Of a stretch of 32,506 bases of DNA, positions 15,896 to 26,458 are shown piece by piece. This stretch comes from Dehalococcoidia bacterium (lineage in GTDB: Bacteria; Chloroflexota; Dehalococcoidia; SZUA-161; SpSt-899). A model generated the notes under the pieces. It did no database searches, had not been told where the DNA came from, and was given only the letters and a program-made list of their open reading frames with translations. The position numbers and the translations under genes were made by a program. The stretch is taken from the NCBI GenBank assembly GCA_023271485.1, contig JALPXT010000001.1, positions 1 to 32,506 on the forward strand, read 5' to 3'. The stretch's first letter is position 1. The number at the start of each line of letters is the position of its first letter.

Positions 15896-17389
15896 CTATA
15901 GGCCGCATAACTCGTAGATACGCCCTATATCAAGGCTCTCCCGCACTATCATGGCAAGCTTGTCGTATTGCTCCTCTCTGGATGGCAGCTCGCTTTGCAT
16001 TTCGAGTGGCTTTATGTTGTGCAGCAGACCACGTCGAAAGCGTTCATTGTCGAAGAGCCCGTGCAGATAGGTCCCGAATACCTTGCCATCGTGCCCCGTC
16101 GCCCCATCGGGGTGACTTACGTCCTCTCCTATCCTTTGGGTAATCTCAAAGGCCGGGGGAGCATCCCCGCCCAGAGTCTGGCCCATATGGATCTCATAGC
16201 CTGTCAGATCCTCCCCGGTAAGTCCCCGGAATAAGCCCTCGCCGGTGGCAATCCTTGCCTTCACCTGATGAGTCGTTTTCTGCCCTTCAAATACGGTCAC
16301 GATATCAAGCAAGCCTAATCCATCGATACTTGTTTGCTCCGACTCGACCCGCTGCGGATCCTCTATCCTCTTGCCCAGCATCTGAAAGCCGCCGCAGATG
16401 CCGATAACCGGCGTTCCTGCCCTGGCTTTGCTCAGGATTGCCTCGGCCAGCCCGATCTCCTTAAGATGGGCAAGATCGGCAATGGTACTCTTGGAGCCGG
16501 GGATGATTATCAGGTCGGGATTACCGAGCTGCCAGGGAGCGCTTATATAGCGCAGGCGGACCCCTGGTTCCTGCTGCAAAGGCTCGAAATCGGTGGAGTT
16601 AGAGATGCGCCGGAGATAGACCACCGCGATATCAATCCCACATTCTCGGTTCCATTCACCCGTCTCCCCCTGATGTATGGAGTCCTCTTCGTTGATCATG
16701 ATGTGGTGATAGTAGGGCACCACACCGAGAACCGGAATCCCGGTGTGCTCCTCCAGATAATCGAGTCCCGGTTGGAGAATGGAAATATCACCACGAAATT
16801 TATTGATGATAAAACCTTTAATCCTCTCCGCCTCCTCCTCCAGCAACACGACGGTTCCTATCAGCGAGGCGAAAACCCCACCCTTGTCGATATCGCCCAC
16901 GAGGAGAACCGGCGACTGAGCCAGCCTGGCGATGCTCATATTCACCATCTCGAAGCGGAGGAGGTTTATCTCCGCCGGGCTCCCTGCCCCTTCGATGATT
17001 ACGATGTCGTATTGGGAACGCAGCCGGGCTAGAGATTGTTCGATTATTGGAAAAAGGTCGAGGGTGTGCTTGTAATAGTCGCGGGCGCTTACTGTCATCC
17101 TTGGCTTTCCCATGACCACGACCTGCGACTTAGCATCGGCCTCGGGCTTGAGCAGCACCGGATTCATATCAACGGCAGGCTCGATCCCGGCAGCTTCGGC
17201 CTGTACCACCTGGGCCCGTCCCATCTCCCGACCGTCTCTGGTCACAAAGGAATTCAGCGCCATGTTTTGTGACTTGAAGGGTGCTACCCTGAAACCATCC
17301 TGATGCATGATGCGACACAGGGCGGCGACGATGATGCTCTTCCCAACCGAGGAGCCGGTACCCTGGATCATCAGCGTCTTGGCCGTCAT
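15896..17389 (-). CDS. cobQ: Cobyric acid synthase
   Basis: 497-aa ORF. It has an N-terminal P-loop-like GTGSSVGKS and a C-terminal glutamine amidotransferase domain (ICGGFQMLG, YEIHMG). Confidence 0.9.
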   Translation of the reverse strand: MTAKTLMIQGTGSSVGKSIIVAALCRIMHQDGFRVAPFKSQNMALNSFVTRDGREMGRAQVVQAEAAGIEPAVDMNPVLLKPEADAKSQVVVMGKPRMTVSARDYYKHTLDLFPIIEQSLARLRSQYDIVIIEGAGSPAEINLLRFEMVNMSIARLAQSPVLLVGDIDKGGVFASLIGTVVLLEEEAERIKGFIINKFRGDISILQPGLDYLEEHTGIPVLGVVPYYHHIMINEEDSIHQGETGEWNRECGIDIAVVYLRRISNSTDFEPLQQEPGVRLRYISAPWQLGNPDLIIIPGSKSTIADLAHLKEIGLAEAILSKARAGTPVIGICGGFQMLGKRIEDPQRVESEQTSIDGLGLLDIVTVFEGQKTTHQVKARIATGEGLFRGLTGEDLTGYEIHMGQTLGGDAPPAFEITQRIGEDVSHPDGATGHDGKVFGTYLHGLFDNERFRRGLLHNIKPLEMQSELPSREEQYDKLAMIVRESLDIGRIYELCGL

Positions 17390-17393
17390 ACCT

Positions 17394-17957
17394 CTATCCT
17401 TTCACCTTCATCGGAATGCCGGCGACCATGAAATAGACTTCACCGGCATATCGGGCAATCAGTTGGTTGGCTCTTCCCAGGAGGTCACCATACGCTCGCC
17501 CCAGTTTGCTCTCCGGCACCAGGCCAAGTCCGACCTCGTTAGAGACGATGATGAAGGTCGCACTCGTCTCTTGCATGAATTTAGCCAGCGTTTCCATTTC
17601 CGTCATCACTCGACCGCCGGCATCTTCGGTCTCGCCCGACTTTGAAAGCCCACGTTCTTCGCCGAGCATGAGATTAGAGACCAGCAAAGTGAGGCAATCG
17701 ATGAGCACCACCTCGGCATCGCCGATCCGCCCGGCAATCCCCCGTGCCAGATTCGTAGGGGTCTCCAGTGTTTGCCAGGAGCGGGGACGTGCGCGCTGGT
17801 GCTCCGCGATACGTGTCTTCATTTCTTCATCGAGGGCCTCAGCGGTGGCAACGAATAGAACCTTGTTGCTGATACGGCCAGCCAGATCCAGGGCATAGCG
17901 GCTCTTCCCGCTGCGCACTCCGCCCAGTATAAGGATATGCTTTCTATTCAAAGCCAA
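17394..17957 (-). CDS. cobU: Adenosylcobinamide kinase / adenosylcobinamide-phosphate guanylyltransferase
   Basis: 187-aa ORF with P-loop GGVRSGKS and a CobU/CobP-like sequence throughout. It lies 4 nt upstream of cobQ. Confidence 0.88.
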   Translation of the reverse strand: MALNRKHILILGGVRSGKSRYALDLAGRISNKVLFVATAEALDEEMKTRIAEHQRARPRSWQTLETPTNLARGIAGRIGDAEVVLIDCLTLLVSNLMLGEERGLSKSGETEDAGGRVMTEMETLAKFMQETSATFIIVSNEVGLGLVPESKLGRAYGDLLGRANQLIARYAGEVYFMVAGIPMKVKG

Positions 17958-18050
17958 TGCCTCGTCATCTATATCTTACCGCAAAATGACGGTTTTTGAA
18001 ACTCCTCTTCTTGTTTACCAGCCCCGGAAAAGCTATACTTAAGAGGGGAA

Positions 18051-19388
18051 ATGTATCAGGATACCATCGCGGCCATCTCCACCCCTATTGGCGAGGGCGG
18101 GATCGGGATCGTCCGTCTGAGCGGGCAGGAGGCTTGCTCGATTGCGACAAAACTTTTTGGCAAGTCTCTCCCGGACCGCCGTCTGGTCTATGGGCACATA
18201 TTCGACCCCGAGACCTCGGAGGCGGTCGATGAGGTTCTGGTGGCCTATATGGCTGCTCCCCATACCTATACCCGCGAGGATATCGTAGAGATCAACTGCC
18301 ATGGCGGGATTGTTCCTCTGCAGCGTATACTGGGACTCACACTTAAGCTTGGAGCCCGGCTGGCTGAGCCGGGCGAGTTCACGCTGAGGGCATTCCTGAA
18401 CGGCCGGATCGATCTCTCACAGGCGGAGTCGGTTCTGGACATCGTGCGGGCCAGGACGCAGTCCAGCCTCCGCCTGGCGGTGGAGGGCTTGGGAGGGAGG
18501 CTTTCACGGCAGATCAGGTCGATACGAAACGAGTTGCTATCGGTACTGGCCTACCTCACCGCCAGAATCGATTTCCCCGAGGACGAGATCGAGGAACAGG
18601 ATGCCCTGCGGCCAATCAAGAAAGCACATCTCGAGCTGGATGAACTCATCGAGGGGGCCGATGCCGGAATTGTCTATCGTCAGGGCGTGCGGACTGCGAT
18701 CGTGGGGCGGCCCAACGTGGGAAAGTCGAGCTTATTGAACCGGCTGTTACGGGAGAGCCGGGCGATCGTGACCCCTATCCCCGGCACCACCCGCGACACA
18801 CTGGAAGAGGTAGTGAACTTAAAAGGAGTGCCCTTCGTTCTCACCGACACCGCAGGGATCACTCACAGCGAAGACGTGATCGAGACCCTGGGTGTGGAGC
18901 GGAGCCGTAAGGCCGTTGAGCAATCATCGCTTGTCCTGCTGGTAACTGATGCCGGCGAGCCGCTTAATGCCGCCGATTTCGAGATCATCGAGCTTCTCGA
19001 TGGCAGAACAGTCCTGGTGGTGGCCAACAAGTGTGACCTGCCGGCTCAGGCCGATTTGAGGAGTCTGCCCTGGCCGATCGTCCGCACCTCGGCGCTCACC
19101 GGGGAGGGAATGAGCGCGCTCGAAACGAGGATGGCGGATATCGCCCTCGGAGGCAAAGTAGTAAGTCCGGACGCCTTTCTGGTTACCAATATCCGCCACA
19201 AAGAAGCACTAGGACGGGCGGCCCAACATTTACGTCAGGCTGAAGAAAGCCTTGATGGCAACATGCCCGATGATTTCGTTACCATCGATCTCACTGCTGC
19301 CTTAGATGCCCTGGGGGAGATCACCGGAGAGACGGTCAGTGAGGAACTCCTGGACATGATATTCAGCCGGTTTTGCATCGGCAAGTAG
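18051..19388 (+). CDS. mnmE: tRNA modification GTPase MnmE
   Basis: 445-aa ORF. The N-terminal domain has TIAAISTP...GIGIVRLSG. The G domain has [16 protein letters not shown] and NKCD. The C-terminus ends in the CIGK motif. Confidence 0.93.
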   Translation: MYQDTIAAISTPIGEGGIGIVRLSGQEACSIATKLFGKSLPDRRLVYGHIFDPETSEAVDEVLVAYMAAPHTYTREDIVEINCHGGIVPLQRILGLTLKLGARLAEPGEFTLRAFLNGRIDLSQAESVLDIVRARTQSSLRLAVEGLGGRLSRQIRSIRNELLSVLAYLTARIDFPEDEIEEQDALRPIKKAHLELDELIEGADAGIVYRQGVRTAIVGRPNVGKSSLLNRLLRESRAIVTPIPGTTRDTLEEVVNLKGVPFVLTDTAGITHSEDVIETLGVERSRKAVEQSSLVLLVTDAGEPLNAADFEIIELLDGRTVLVVANKCDLPAQADLRSLPWPIVRTSALTGEGMSALETRMADIALGGKVVSPDAFLVTNIRHKEALGRAAQHLRQAEESLDGNMPDDFVTIDLTAALDALGEITGETVSEELLDMIFSRFCIGK

Positions 19389-19402
19389 GAAGGAGAGTGG
19401 CA

Positions 19403-20092
19403 ATGTCTGCAGGGAAAATCCTGATAGTAGAAGACGAAGAGACCCTGCTTGAGGTGCTGCGTTACAACCTGGATAAAGAGGGGTATACCGTGGTCACCGC
19501 AGCCGATGGCATTCAGGCGCTGAACTCGGCGCGCTCCGAGTCGCCCGACCTCATCATCCTCGACATCATGCTGCCCCAACTTGACGGTTTTGAAGTCTGC
19601 CGAATCCTGCGCAAGGACATAACCGTGCCCATCATTATGCTCACCGCCAAAGAGGAGGAAATCGACAAGGTGCTCGGCCTGGAACTGGGTGCCGATGACT
19701 ATATGGCCAAGCCCTTCAGCATGCGTGAATTCAAGGCCCGGGTCAAAGCCATACTGCGCCGCGCCGCAGCACAATCCAAACCCGGAGAGGCGAGTGTGAT
19801 AAGGATAGCTGACCTGGCGGTAGATCTCGGCAAACACCAGGTATCTATCGGTGAGGCTAGCGTGAGTTTGACGCCCAAGGAATTCGACCTGCTTGCCTAC
19901 CTGGCCGGCAACAAGGGGCGGGTCTTTTCACGGGAGCACCTCTTGGAACGAGTTTGGGGCTACGACTACGTTGGGGATACCCGCACCGTGGATGTGCACA
20001 TTCGCTGGCTTCGGGAAAAGCTAGAGACCGAGCCGTCAAAGCCCAGGCGACTGATAACCGTCAGAGGTACAGGCTACAAGATCGAAGGTTAG
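19403..20092 (+). CDS. OmpR/PhoB-family response regulator
   Basis: It has a receiver domain ([16 protein letters not shown]) and a winged-helix output domain ([14 protein letters not shown]). The start was chosen at ATG 19403, which has an AGGAAGGAGAG SD, rather than the ORF-track start at 19373 inside mnmE. Confidence 0.88.
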   Translation: MSAGKILIVEDEETLLEVLRYNLDKEGYTVVTAADGIQALNSARSESPDLIILDIMLPQLDGFEVCRILRKDITVPIIMLTAKEEEIDKVLGLELGADDYMAKPFSMREFKARVKAILRRAAAQSKPGEASVIRIADLAVDLGKHQVSIGEASVSLTPKEFDLLAYLAGNKGRVFSREHLLERVWGYDYVGDTRTVDVHIRWLREKLETEPSKPRRLITVRGTGYKIEG

Positions 20093-20093
20093 T

Positions 20094-21449
20094 ATGTTTG
20101 GCAGCATCAAATGGCGGATAGCGATACCTTATAGCTTGCTCATCTTGGTCGGCATGAGCATACTGGGGTTCTATCTGGCCGACACGGGGATCGACCGCTC
20201 CATTGTCGTCCTGGCAATGGGCCTCGCCACGCTGTTTTCCATCCTGGTGGCGCTCTTTATTGCCAGAGCCATCACCAGACCCATAAAGGCAGTCACGCAG
20301 GCGGCGAAAAGGATAACATCGGGAGAGATGGATCAGAAAATCCATGTGGCGACAGGGGATGAATCCGCCGAACTGGCGCATGCCTTTAACGAGATGACCG
20401 AGGGTTTTAGAGAGATGATGGGCGCTCTCTCCACTGAGAGGAACAGGCTGGCGGCAGTACTCTCCACCATGGCCGATGGCGTATTGATGGCTGACGCCGA
20501 GGGGAACGTTCTCATGGTAAACCCGGCAGCGGAAAGACTTTTCGGCTTCGAAGAAAAGGCGGCCATCGGACATCCCCTGATAGAAGCAGTCCCCGACCAC
20601 GAGATCAGCGACACGCTGCAATCATGCCTCAAGAGCCGACAACAACAAGCAGCACAGATCGAGTCAAGGGGTCGATTGCTGAGAGTTATCGCTTCTCCGA
20701 TCCTGGACAATGGTGCAAGTGGTGCTTTGCTCATATTCCAGGACCTCACCGAGGTCCGGCGCTTCCAGACGATGAGGCAGGAGTTCGTAGGCAATATCTC
20801 GCACGAACTGAGAACACCTCTGGCGTCGATGAAGGCCGTCCTGGAGACCCTTAACGAGGGGGCGATTGATGACCGCCAGATAGCCAAGGATTTTCTGACC
20901 ATGATGGGCGGCGAGGTTGACCGTATGACTCAGTTGGTACGGGAACTGGCGGAACTATCGCGGATCGAGACGGGGCAAAATGAGTTGGAGATAGCTCCGG
21001 TAGACCTGAACTCGCTAATTGACCAGGCCATAACCAAGCTCAAGCCACAGTCAGAAAGAAAGCAGATCGATATCTTGAGGCAGTCCGATCCTGCACTGCC
21101 GGTGATCCCGGCGGAGGAAGAACGAATAGAGCAGGTGTTGACCAATCTACTCCATAATGCCATCAAGTTCACGCCGCCGGGCGGCAGGATTATTATCTCG
21201 GCTAAGTCGGAGGACGATGGCGTCTTGGTCGCCGTGGAGGATACGGGTGCCGGCATCCCGGCGGAGGATCTACCGCACGTTTTCGAGCGCTTCTACAAGG
21301 CGGACAAGGCCCGTTCCAGTGAGGGTACCGGACTCGGGCTGGCGATTGCCAAACACATAATTCAGGCTCATGACGGGAATATTTGGGCCAGGAGCGAAGA
21401 GGGTCGGGGCTCCACTTTCAGTTTCAGGCTGCCGGCTATAAAGGGATAA
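20094..21449 (+). CDS. Sensor histidine kinase (2 TM, HAMP, PAS, HisKA, HATPase)
   Basis: It has the H-box ISHELRTPLASM, the N-box NLLHNAIKFT, and G-boxes DTGAGI and GTGLGLAI. Two N-terminal TM helices are joined by a very short external loop. It lies 1 nt after the regulator gene. Confidence 0.9.
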   Translation: MFGSIKWRIAIPYSLLILVGMSILGFYLADTGIDRSIVVLAMGLATLFSILVALFIARAITRPIKAVTQAAKRITSGEMDQKIHVATGDESAELAHAFNEMTEGFREMMGALSTERNRLAAVLSTMADGVLMADAEGNVLMVNPAAERLFGFEEKAAIGHPLIEAVPDHEISDTLQSCLKSRQQQAAQIESRGRLLRVIASPILDNGASGALLIFQDLTEVRRFQTMRQEFVGNISHELRTPLASMKAVLETLNEGAIDDRQIAKDFLTMMGGEVDRMTQLVRELAELSRIETGQNELEIAPVDLNSLIDQAITKLKPQSERKQIDILRQSDPALPVIPAEEERIEQVLTNLLHNAIKFTPPGGRIIISAKSEDDGVLVAVEDTGAGIPAEDLPHVFERFYKADKARSSEGTGLGLAIAKHIIQAHDGNIWARSEEGRGSTFSFRLPAIKG

Positions 21450-21453
21450 CAAC

Positions 21454-22245
21454 TTGGTACAGGTTCCGGCCCGAATAGTTTCACGGACGCGGGTAATGCC
21501 CGCGGTTTATCTCATCTGGGTTGAGGCTCCGGATATCACAGCGGAAGCTCGACCGGGACAGTTCGTCACCCTTCGCTGCGGGGACCATCTTCCGCTGCGT
21601 CGACCATTGAGCATTCATAGAACCGATGGCAGAAAGCTGGCGCTGCTCTTCGCCGTGGTAGGACAGGGGACCGAATGGCTCTCAGGCCGCTTGGTGGGCG
21701 AGTATGTGGATCTCCTGGGTCCGCTGGGGAACGGGTTCAGTATCCATCATGGCTCACAGAAACTGCTCTTGATTGCCGGAGGAATCGGCATCGCTCCTCT
21801 AGTAGCCCTGGCCGAGGAGGGCGTGGACGCTGGTCTTTCGGTGAAATTGGTGATCGGTGCAGAGACCGCCTCTAAACTCTATCCCGAGGACTTCATCCCC
21901 GGAGGAGTGGAAGCCATTTGCGTCACTGATGACGGCTCAGCGGGAGGGAGGGGTGTGGCGACTGATTTTCTGCCTCCCCTTGCGGATTGGGCCGACCAGA
22001 TATTTGCCTGTGGGCCGATGCCTATGTATCGCAGGATGGCAGAGATGGGACTGGGCGACAAGCCGGTGCAGGTCCTTCTGGAGCAGGTGATGGGCTGCGG
22101 AATAGGGGCCTGCCGCGGCTGTGCGGTGATGACCAGGCAGGGAATAAGGCTGGTCTGTCGGGACGGCCCCGTATTCCGGCTGGGGGAAATCATCTGGGAA
22201 GAGGTGAAGGAGCCTGGGGTAAACAGGCTCACAAGATGGGCCTGA
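21454..22245 (+). CDS. pyrK: PyrK-family FAD/[2Fe-2S] electron-transfer protein (dihydroorotate dehydrogenase B electron-transfer subunit-like)
   Basis: 263-aa ORF with a ferredoxin-reductase-type FAD/NAD fold (RPLSIH, GGIGIAP) and a C-terminal CGIGACRGC...C...DGPVF cluster. No pyrD is adjacent, so the physiological partner is uncertain (NfnA-like roles are possible). Confidence 0.6.
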   Translation: MVQVPARIVSRTRVMPAVYLIWVEAPDITAEARPGQFVTLRCGDHLPLRRPLSIHRTDGRKLALLFAVVGQGTEWLSGRLVGEYVDLLGPLGNGFSIHHGSQKLLLIAGGIGIAPLVALAEEGVDAGLSVKLVIGAETASKLYPEDFIPGGVEAICVTDDGSAGGRGVATDFLPPLADWADQIFACGPMPMYRRMAEMGLGDKPVQVLLEQVMGCGIGACRGCAVMTRQGIRLVCRDGPVFRLGEIIWEEVKEPGVNRLTRWA

Positions 22246-23512
22246 CTATGATCGATTGATCCCTGTTGGGGCCTACGGAGATCAGATCAACCGGACAGCC
22301 AACCAGCTCCTCGATTCTTTTCACATACTGCCGGGCTTCCCGGGGAAGATCATCGAAGTTGCGGATATGATGTGTGGATGTCTGCCAGCCCGGCATCTCC
22401 TCCCAAATGGGGCGGCATTTCTCCAGGGTGGCAAAGTTGGGAGGGGGGTTGTCCAGGACAGTGCCCTCAAGCCCATAGCCGGTGCATATCTTGATCGTGG
22501 GCAGGGTATCAAGGATATCGAACTTGGTGAGGGCTGTCCCGGTAAAACCGTTCAGTCGAGCGCTGAAACGTGTAGCTACTCCATCGAACCAGCCGCAGCG
22601 TCGAGGACGGCCCGTGGTGGTGCCATATTCTTTGCCCCTTTCCCGCATCATGTCTCCGGTAGCATCTCTTAGCTCCGTTGGCATGGGGCCACCGCCTACC
22701 CGAGTAGTATATGCTTTGTATACCCCGATGATCTTGTCAATCTGCAGGGGGCTTATCCCTATTCCCAGGCAGGCACCGCCGGCTGTGCAAGAAGAAGAAG
22801 TCACATAGGGATAGGTGCCGAAGTCGATATCCAGCATGGTTCCCTGGGCACCCTCAAGGAGAACGGTATCGCCCTTTTCCAACGCCTCATTCACCATCAG
22901 ACTCGTCTCCCGTATGAATGGGAGCAGGCGGTCAGCATAATTGCAGTACTCCTGATAGATTTCGTCGAAGGAGAGAGGACTAGCCCCAAAGACCCTGCTT
23001 ATAATCGTATTCTTGTGATTTAGAATAGCGCGAAGTCGCCTCCGGAACAAATCTTTGTCCAGCAGATCACCAAACCTGATTCCCAATCGTGATACCTTAT
23101 CAGCATAGGCCGGGCCTATTCCCAACCTGGTAGTGCCTATGGCACTCTTGCCCCGAGCATCCTCTTCCAGTGCATCGAGTAATAGATGATAGGGCATGAT
23201 CAAATGAGCCCGGTCGCTGATGAAAAGCCGGCTGACGTCAATGCCACGCCCCTGGAGAGTCTCGATTTCACTGATCAGAACACGGGGATTGATCACCACG
23301 CCGTTGCCGATCAGGCAATCCACATGGGAGTGGAAGACGCCCGAGGGTATCATGTGCAACCCGAATTCGCCAAACTCGTTTACTACGGTATGCCCGGCAT
23401 TGTTTCCGCCGGAAAAACGTGCCACAATGCTGGCCTTTTCCGCCAGAAGGTCAATAAGTTTTCCCTTCCCCTCATCCCCCCACTGCCCCCCGATGATAGC
23501 AATTGCTGGCAT
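22229..23512 (-). CDS. purA: Adenylosuccinate synthetase
   Basis: 427-aa ORF with GGQWGDEGKGK, GNNAGHT, TTRVGGGP and GTTTGRPRRCGW motifs. It converges on the pyrK-like gene and overlaps its 3' end by 17 nt. Confidence 0.95.
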   Translation of the reverse strand: MPAIAIIGGQWGDEGKGKLIDLLAEKASIVARFSGGNNAGHTVVNEFGEFGLHMIPSGVFHSHVDCLIGNGVVINPRVLISEIETLQGRGIDVSRLFISDRAHLIMPYHLLLDALEEDARGKSAIGTTRLGIGPAYADKVSRLGIRFGDLLDKDLFRRRLRAILNHKNTIISRVFGASPLSFDEIYQEYCNYADRLLPFIRETSLMVNEALEKGDTVLLEGAQGTMLDIDFGTYPYVTSSSCTAGGACLGIGISPLQIDKIIGVYKAYTTRVGGGPMPTELRDATGDMMRERGKEYGTTTGRPRRCGWFDGVATRFSARLNGFTGTALTKFDILDTLPTIKICTGYGLEGTVLDNPPPNFATLEKCRPIWEEMPGWQTSTHHIRNFDDLPREARQYVKRIEELVGCPVDLISVGPNRDQSIIVRPIL

Positions 23513-23564
23513 ATGCCCACCTCTCTAGAATCGCTTACTTTGAAGCCATCAAGAGTATAGCATC

Positions 23565-24401
23565 CTATGAGTTGGATGACAAGAGGAAAGGCTGGTAATC
23601 TCCCTTCTTAAATGACGGACTCCTGCCATCGCCGGGGATGATCAGCGTTGCCGGCAGACCGTTGAAGGGGTGAGGGTAGACACAGACCTCGGCGCCGTAG
23701 ACTGCCTTGATATGCTGCGCGGTAATCACCTGCGTTGGCGAGCCCTCGGCATGGATACCTCCCCCATTGAGCATTATGAGCCGGTCACAGTATTGAGCGG
23801 CGAGATTCAGGTCGTGCAGGGCAGCTACTGCTGCCAGGTCATGCTCCAGACAGAGGTCTTTAACGAGATCGAGTGTTTCGACCTGATAGTTGATATCTAA
23901 ATGGGCGGTGGGCTCGTCGAGGAGAATAAGTTTCGGCTGCTGAGTCAGCGCCCTGGCGATGGTCAGACGCTGCCTCTCGCCGCCGGAGAGTTCACCGACC
24001 CTTCGTTCGGCAAAGGGCTGGGTCTTGGTTATCTCCATTGCTTGCCATGCAATATCGAAGTCACTCCGGCTTTCATAACGAAGCAGCCCCAGGTGAGGGG
24101 TTCTGCCCATGAGCACGATCTCAAAGCCGGTAAAGGCCTCGGGCAGAGTGGCTGTCTGAGGCACCACAGCGACGAGGGAGGCCAGTTCGCCCCGGCTGAT
24201 ATGGGCTATATCTCGTCCGTCGATGAAGACACGCCCGTTCTTTGGGGTAAGCAGATAGCAGATGCCTTTGATTAGGGTTGATTTCCCCGATCCATTTGGC
24301 CCGACAATGCCAAGCATTTCGCCCCGTGCAACAGAGAGGCTGATGTCACTGAGGACTGTGTGCTTTCCATAGCCGAGAGTGATGTTTTGTGTCTGCAACA
24401 T
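23565..24401 (-). CDS. btuD: ABC transporter ATP-binding protein (FepC/BtuD type)
   Basis: It has Walker A GPNGSGKST, signature LSGGERQR and Walker B LILLDEPT. It is the last gene of a cobalamin-riboswitch-controlled operon. Confidence 0.8.
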   Translation of the reverse strand: MLQTQNITLGYGKHTVLSDISLSVARGEMLGIVGPNGSGKSTLIKGICYLLTPKNGRVFIDGRDIAHISRGELASLVAVVPQTATLPEAFTGFEIVLMGRTPHLGLLRYESRSDFDIAWQAMEITKTQPFAERRVGELSGGERQRLTIARALTQQPKLILLDEPTAHLDINYQVETLDLVKDLCLEHDLAAVAALHDLNLAAQYCDRLIMLNGGGIHAEGSPTQVITAQHIKAVYGAEVCVYPHPFNGLPATLIIPGDGRSPSFKKGDYQPFLLSSNS

Positions 24402-24455
24402 TATTATTTCCCGGAGCGTAGAGCGACCTTTTTCGGGTCGCTACGTAACGCAACT

Positions 24456-25544
24456 TTAGAAAACCGCCCTCTTTTTGTGGCGCAGTAGATAGAGGAAAAA
24501 CGGCGCTCCAAAAAAGGCGGTTATCACCCCCACCGGTATCTCAGTGGGCGCCAGCATCGTTCGTGCCGCCGTATCAGCCAGGATTAAGAAACCAGCCCCA
24601 GCAAAGGTAGTCAATGGCAGCAAGAAGCGGTGGTCAGGTCCCCAGATGAGGCGCACCGCGTGGGGGACGATGATGCCCACAAATCCAATAGTCCCCACAA
24701 AGCTGACTGCGGCGGCAGTGATGAGAGTTGCCGCCACCAGCAAAATCAACTTGACACGCTCGACGTTAATTCCCAGTTGCTGTGCCTGTTCCTCGTCCAG
24801 TTGCATCACATTTAGTGGTCGGGCATAAAGCCAGATGAATACCACCCCGATGACACAGGGCGCAGCAATCATCCATACTTGCTCCCAGTTGCTCAGGGAG
24901 AATCTTCCCATAAGCCAGGCGATTATGCCGTGCAATCTCTCCCCTGAAATAATCATTAAGTAGGAAGTGATTGAGCCGAGAAAGGCACCCAGAGCTACAC
25001 CGGCCAGAATAAGAGTGGTTACCGGTAGGGTCTTGCCCACCCTGGCTATGGAATAGACGACGGCCACCGCCATCAGGGCACCGACAAAGGCCAGCGCGGG
25101 GATGAGACTAAGGCCGGCCACTGACCAGGGGAGAAGGAATCCAACCACCGCGCCCAGGGCCGCCCCCTGGGCTACCCCGATGAGATAGGGATCAGCCAGA
25201 GGGTTACGAAACAGCCCCTGATAGGTAGCCCCGGCCACGGCCAGGGCCGCACCGACCAGGCCTGCCAGCATCACCCGGGGCAGGCGAATATCAAGAATGA
25301 TCGTCTCCGTGGCATCCGGCCAAGCATGGATATCTGTAAAGGGCAACTGGGAAACCAACACCTCCCATATAGTGCCAATGGGAATGTGGGTGCTTCCCAT
25401 CGCTGAAGCAACAACCATAACCACTCCCAGAAGCAGTGCCAGCCCGGCAATGCTGTACAGCCGGGTTCGCCAGCGAGGCGAATAGGCTGGGGTAGCTTCC
25501 GGCAGCGGCATGGTCGTAGTATCAGGCGGGTTGAATGATGTCAT
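24456..25544 (-). CDS. btuC: FecCD/BtuC-family ABC permease
   Basis: 362-aa polytopic ORF with the FecCD signature region GTIGFVGIIVPHAVRL. Confidence 0.8.
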   Translation of the reverse strand: MTSFNPPDTTTMPLPEATPAYSPRWRTRLYSIAGLALLLGVVMVVASAMGSTHIPIGTIWEVLVSQLPFTDIHAWPDATETIILDIRLPRVMLAGLVGAALAVAGATYQGLFRNPLADPYLIGVAQGAALGAVVGFLLPWSVAGLSLIPALAFVGALMAVAVVYSIARVGKTLPVTTLILAGVALGAFLGSITSYLMIISGERLHGIIAWLMGRFSLSNWEQVWMIAAPCVIGVVFIWLYARPLNVMQLDEEQAQQLGINVERVKLILLVAATLITAAAVSFVGTIGFVGIIVPHAVRLIWGPDHRFLLPLTTFAGAGFLILADTAARTMLAPTEIPVGVITAFFGAPFFLYLLRHKKRAVF

Positions 25545-25546
25545 CG

Positions 25547-26458
25547 TTACTCCTGGAAAAGTTCGGGCTGGAGAAGTCCGGCCAATTCTTCCAGGGCATC
25601 AACCAGCCTTGGTCCCGGGCGCTGGAATGGATCTTCCTCAACCAGGTATACCCGGTCTTCCATTCCTGCTGTGGTTGCTGCCAAACGGGGGTCATCCTTT
25701 ACTCCGGCTGCGCCGTGAGTGGCGATAATCACCTGGGGATCTCGGGCAATGACCGTTTCCAGATCAATAACCGCCCAGTCGGCGAGGTCATGAGCAATGT
25801 TTTTCCCCCCGGCTTTAATGATCAGGTCATTTGCGAAGGTTCCTGATCCAGCGACCCATAGCGGGTCATGCCAGACTAGATGTAGAACCCGTGGTCTTTG
25901 CTCATCAGTCAGAAGCTGTGTTCTGGCAGTTATTGCCTCGATTCTCTCCTTGAGATCGGTAACCAGCCGGATGGCCTCCTCACTCTTGCCGGTGATTTCC
26001 CCGACTAAGGCAATATTAGCAAGTACCCTACCCAGGGTCTTTGGCGCCAGGACAAAGACAGTTATGCCGACCTCCTCCAGGGCGGCGATTCCATCCGGAT
26101 GGTGAATGCCAGCGGCCAGCACCAGGTCTGGCTCACGGGCGACCACCCTCTCCAGATCGAAGGGAACAAAACCACCCACCTTAGGTATATCCAGAGCCGC
26201 CTCAGGGTAATTGCACCACTCGGTCACCCCGACTATCCTATCCCCAAGACCGAGGGCAAAGAGGATTTCGGTATTACTCGGGGCAACGGAAACAATCCTT
26301 TGCGGGATTTTTTCGATGGTTACCGTTCTTCCCAGGTCGTCGACAAATGTACGGGGCACAGGTTCCACAGGCTCGACCGGCCTGGGGCACGCACCTGCTA
26401 GGGCAAGCGTCAGGATGAGGGTAAGAGCGATCAGGATTCTTGTCCAGTGTCCGTTCAT
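25547..26458 (-). CDS. btuF: Periplasmic/extracytoplasmic substrate-binding protein (BtuF-like, cluster A-2)
   Basis: It has PQRIVSVAPSNTEILFALGLGDRIVGVT and other BtuF/FhuD-type features. The start was chosen at ATG 26458 (GGAGG SD), which gives a signal peptide ending LALAGAC (lipobox-like). The ORF-track start at 26527 is unlikely. Confidence 0.78.
   Translation of the reverse strand: MNGHWTRILIALTLILTLALAGACPRPVEPVEPVPRTFVDDLGRTVTIEKIPQRIVSVAPSNTEILFALGLGDRIVGVTEWCNYPEAALDIPKVGGFVPFDLERVVAREPDLVLAAGIHHPDGIAALEEVGITVFVLAPKTLGRVLANIALVGEITGKSEEAIRLVTDLKERIEAITARTQLLTDEQRPRVLHLVWHDPLWVAGSGTFANDLIIKAGGKNIAHDLADWAVIDLETVIARDPQVIIATHGAAGVKDDPRLAATTAGMEDRVYLVEEDPFQRPGPRLVDALEELAGLLQPELFQE

Noticed and set aside
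16334-17032. A 232-aa plus-strand ORF. Similar antisense ORFs include 647..1276, 3245..3790, 14300..14719, 19235..19837, 20061..20621, 20333..20902 and 25797..26534.
   Set aside because: All overlap strongly supported genes on the opposite strand (cobQ, the OFOR alpha gene, the phosphatase/fpg genes, ApbE, the response regulator, the kinase, btuF). All lack recognisable motifs. They are typical antisense shadows in GC-rich coding DNA.
19373-19402. The upstream start of the response regulator at 19373, overlapping mnmE.
   Set aside because: The extra residues ([10 protein letters not shown]) precede the canonical [13 protein letters not shown] receiver start, which has a strong SD. The shorter start was preferred.
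24417-24445. An imperfect hairpin (CGTAG-AG-CGACC / GGTCGCTACG) between btuC and btuD.
   Set aside because: It is a short, bulged, single occurrence with no U-tract. That is too little evidence to call it a regulatory element.
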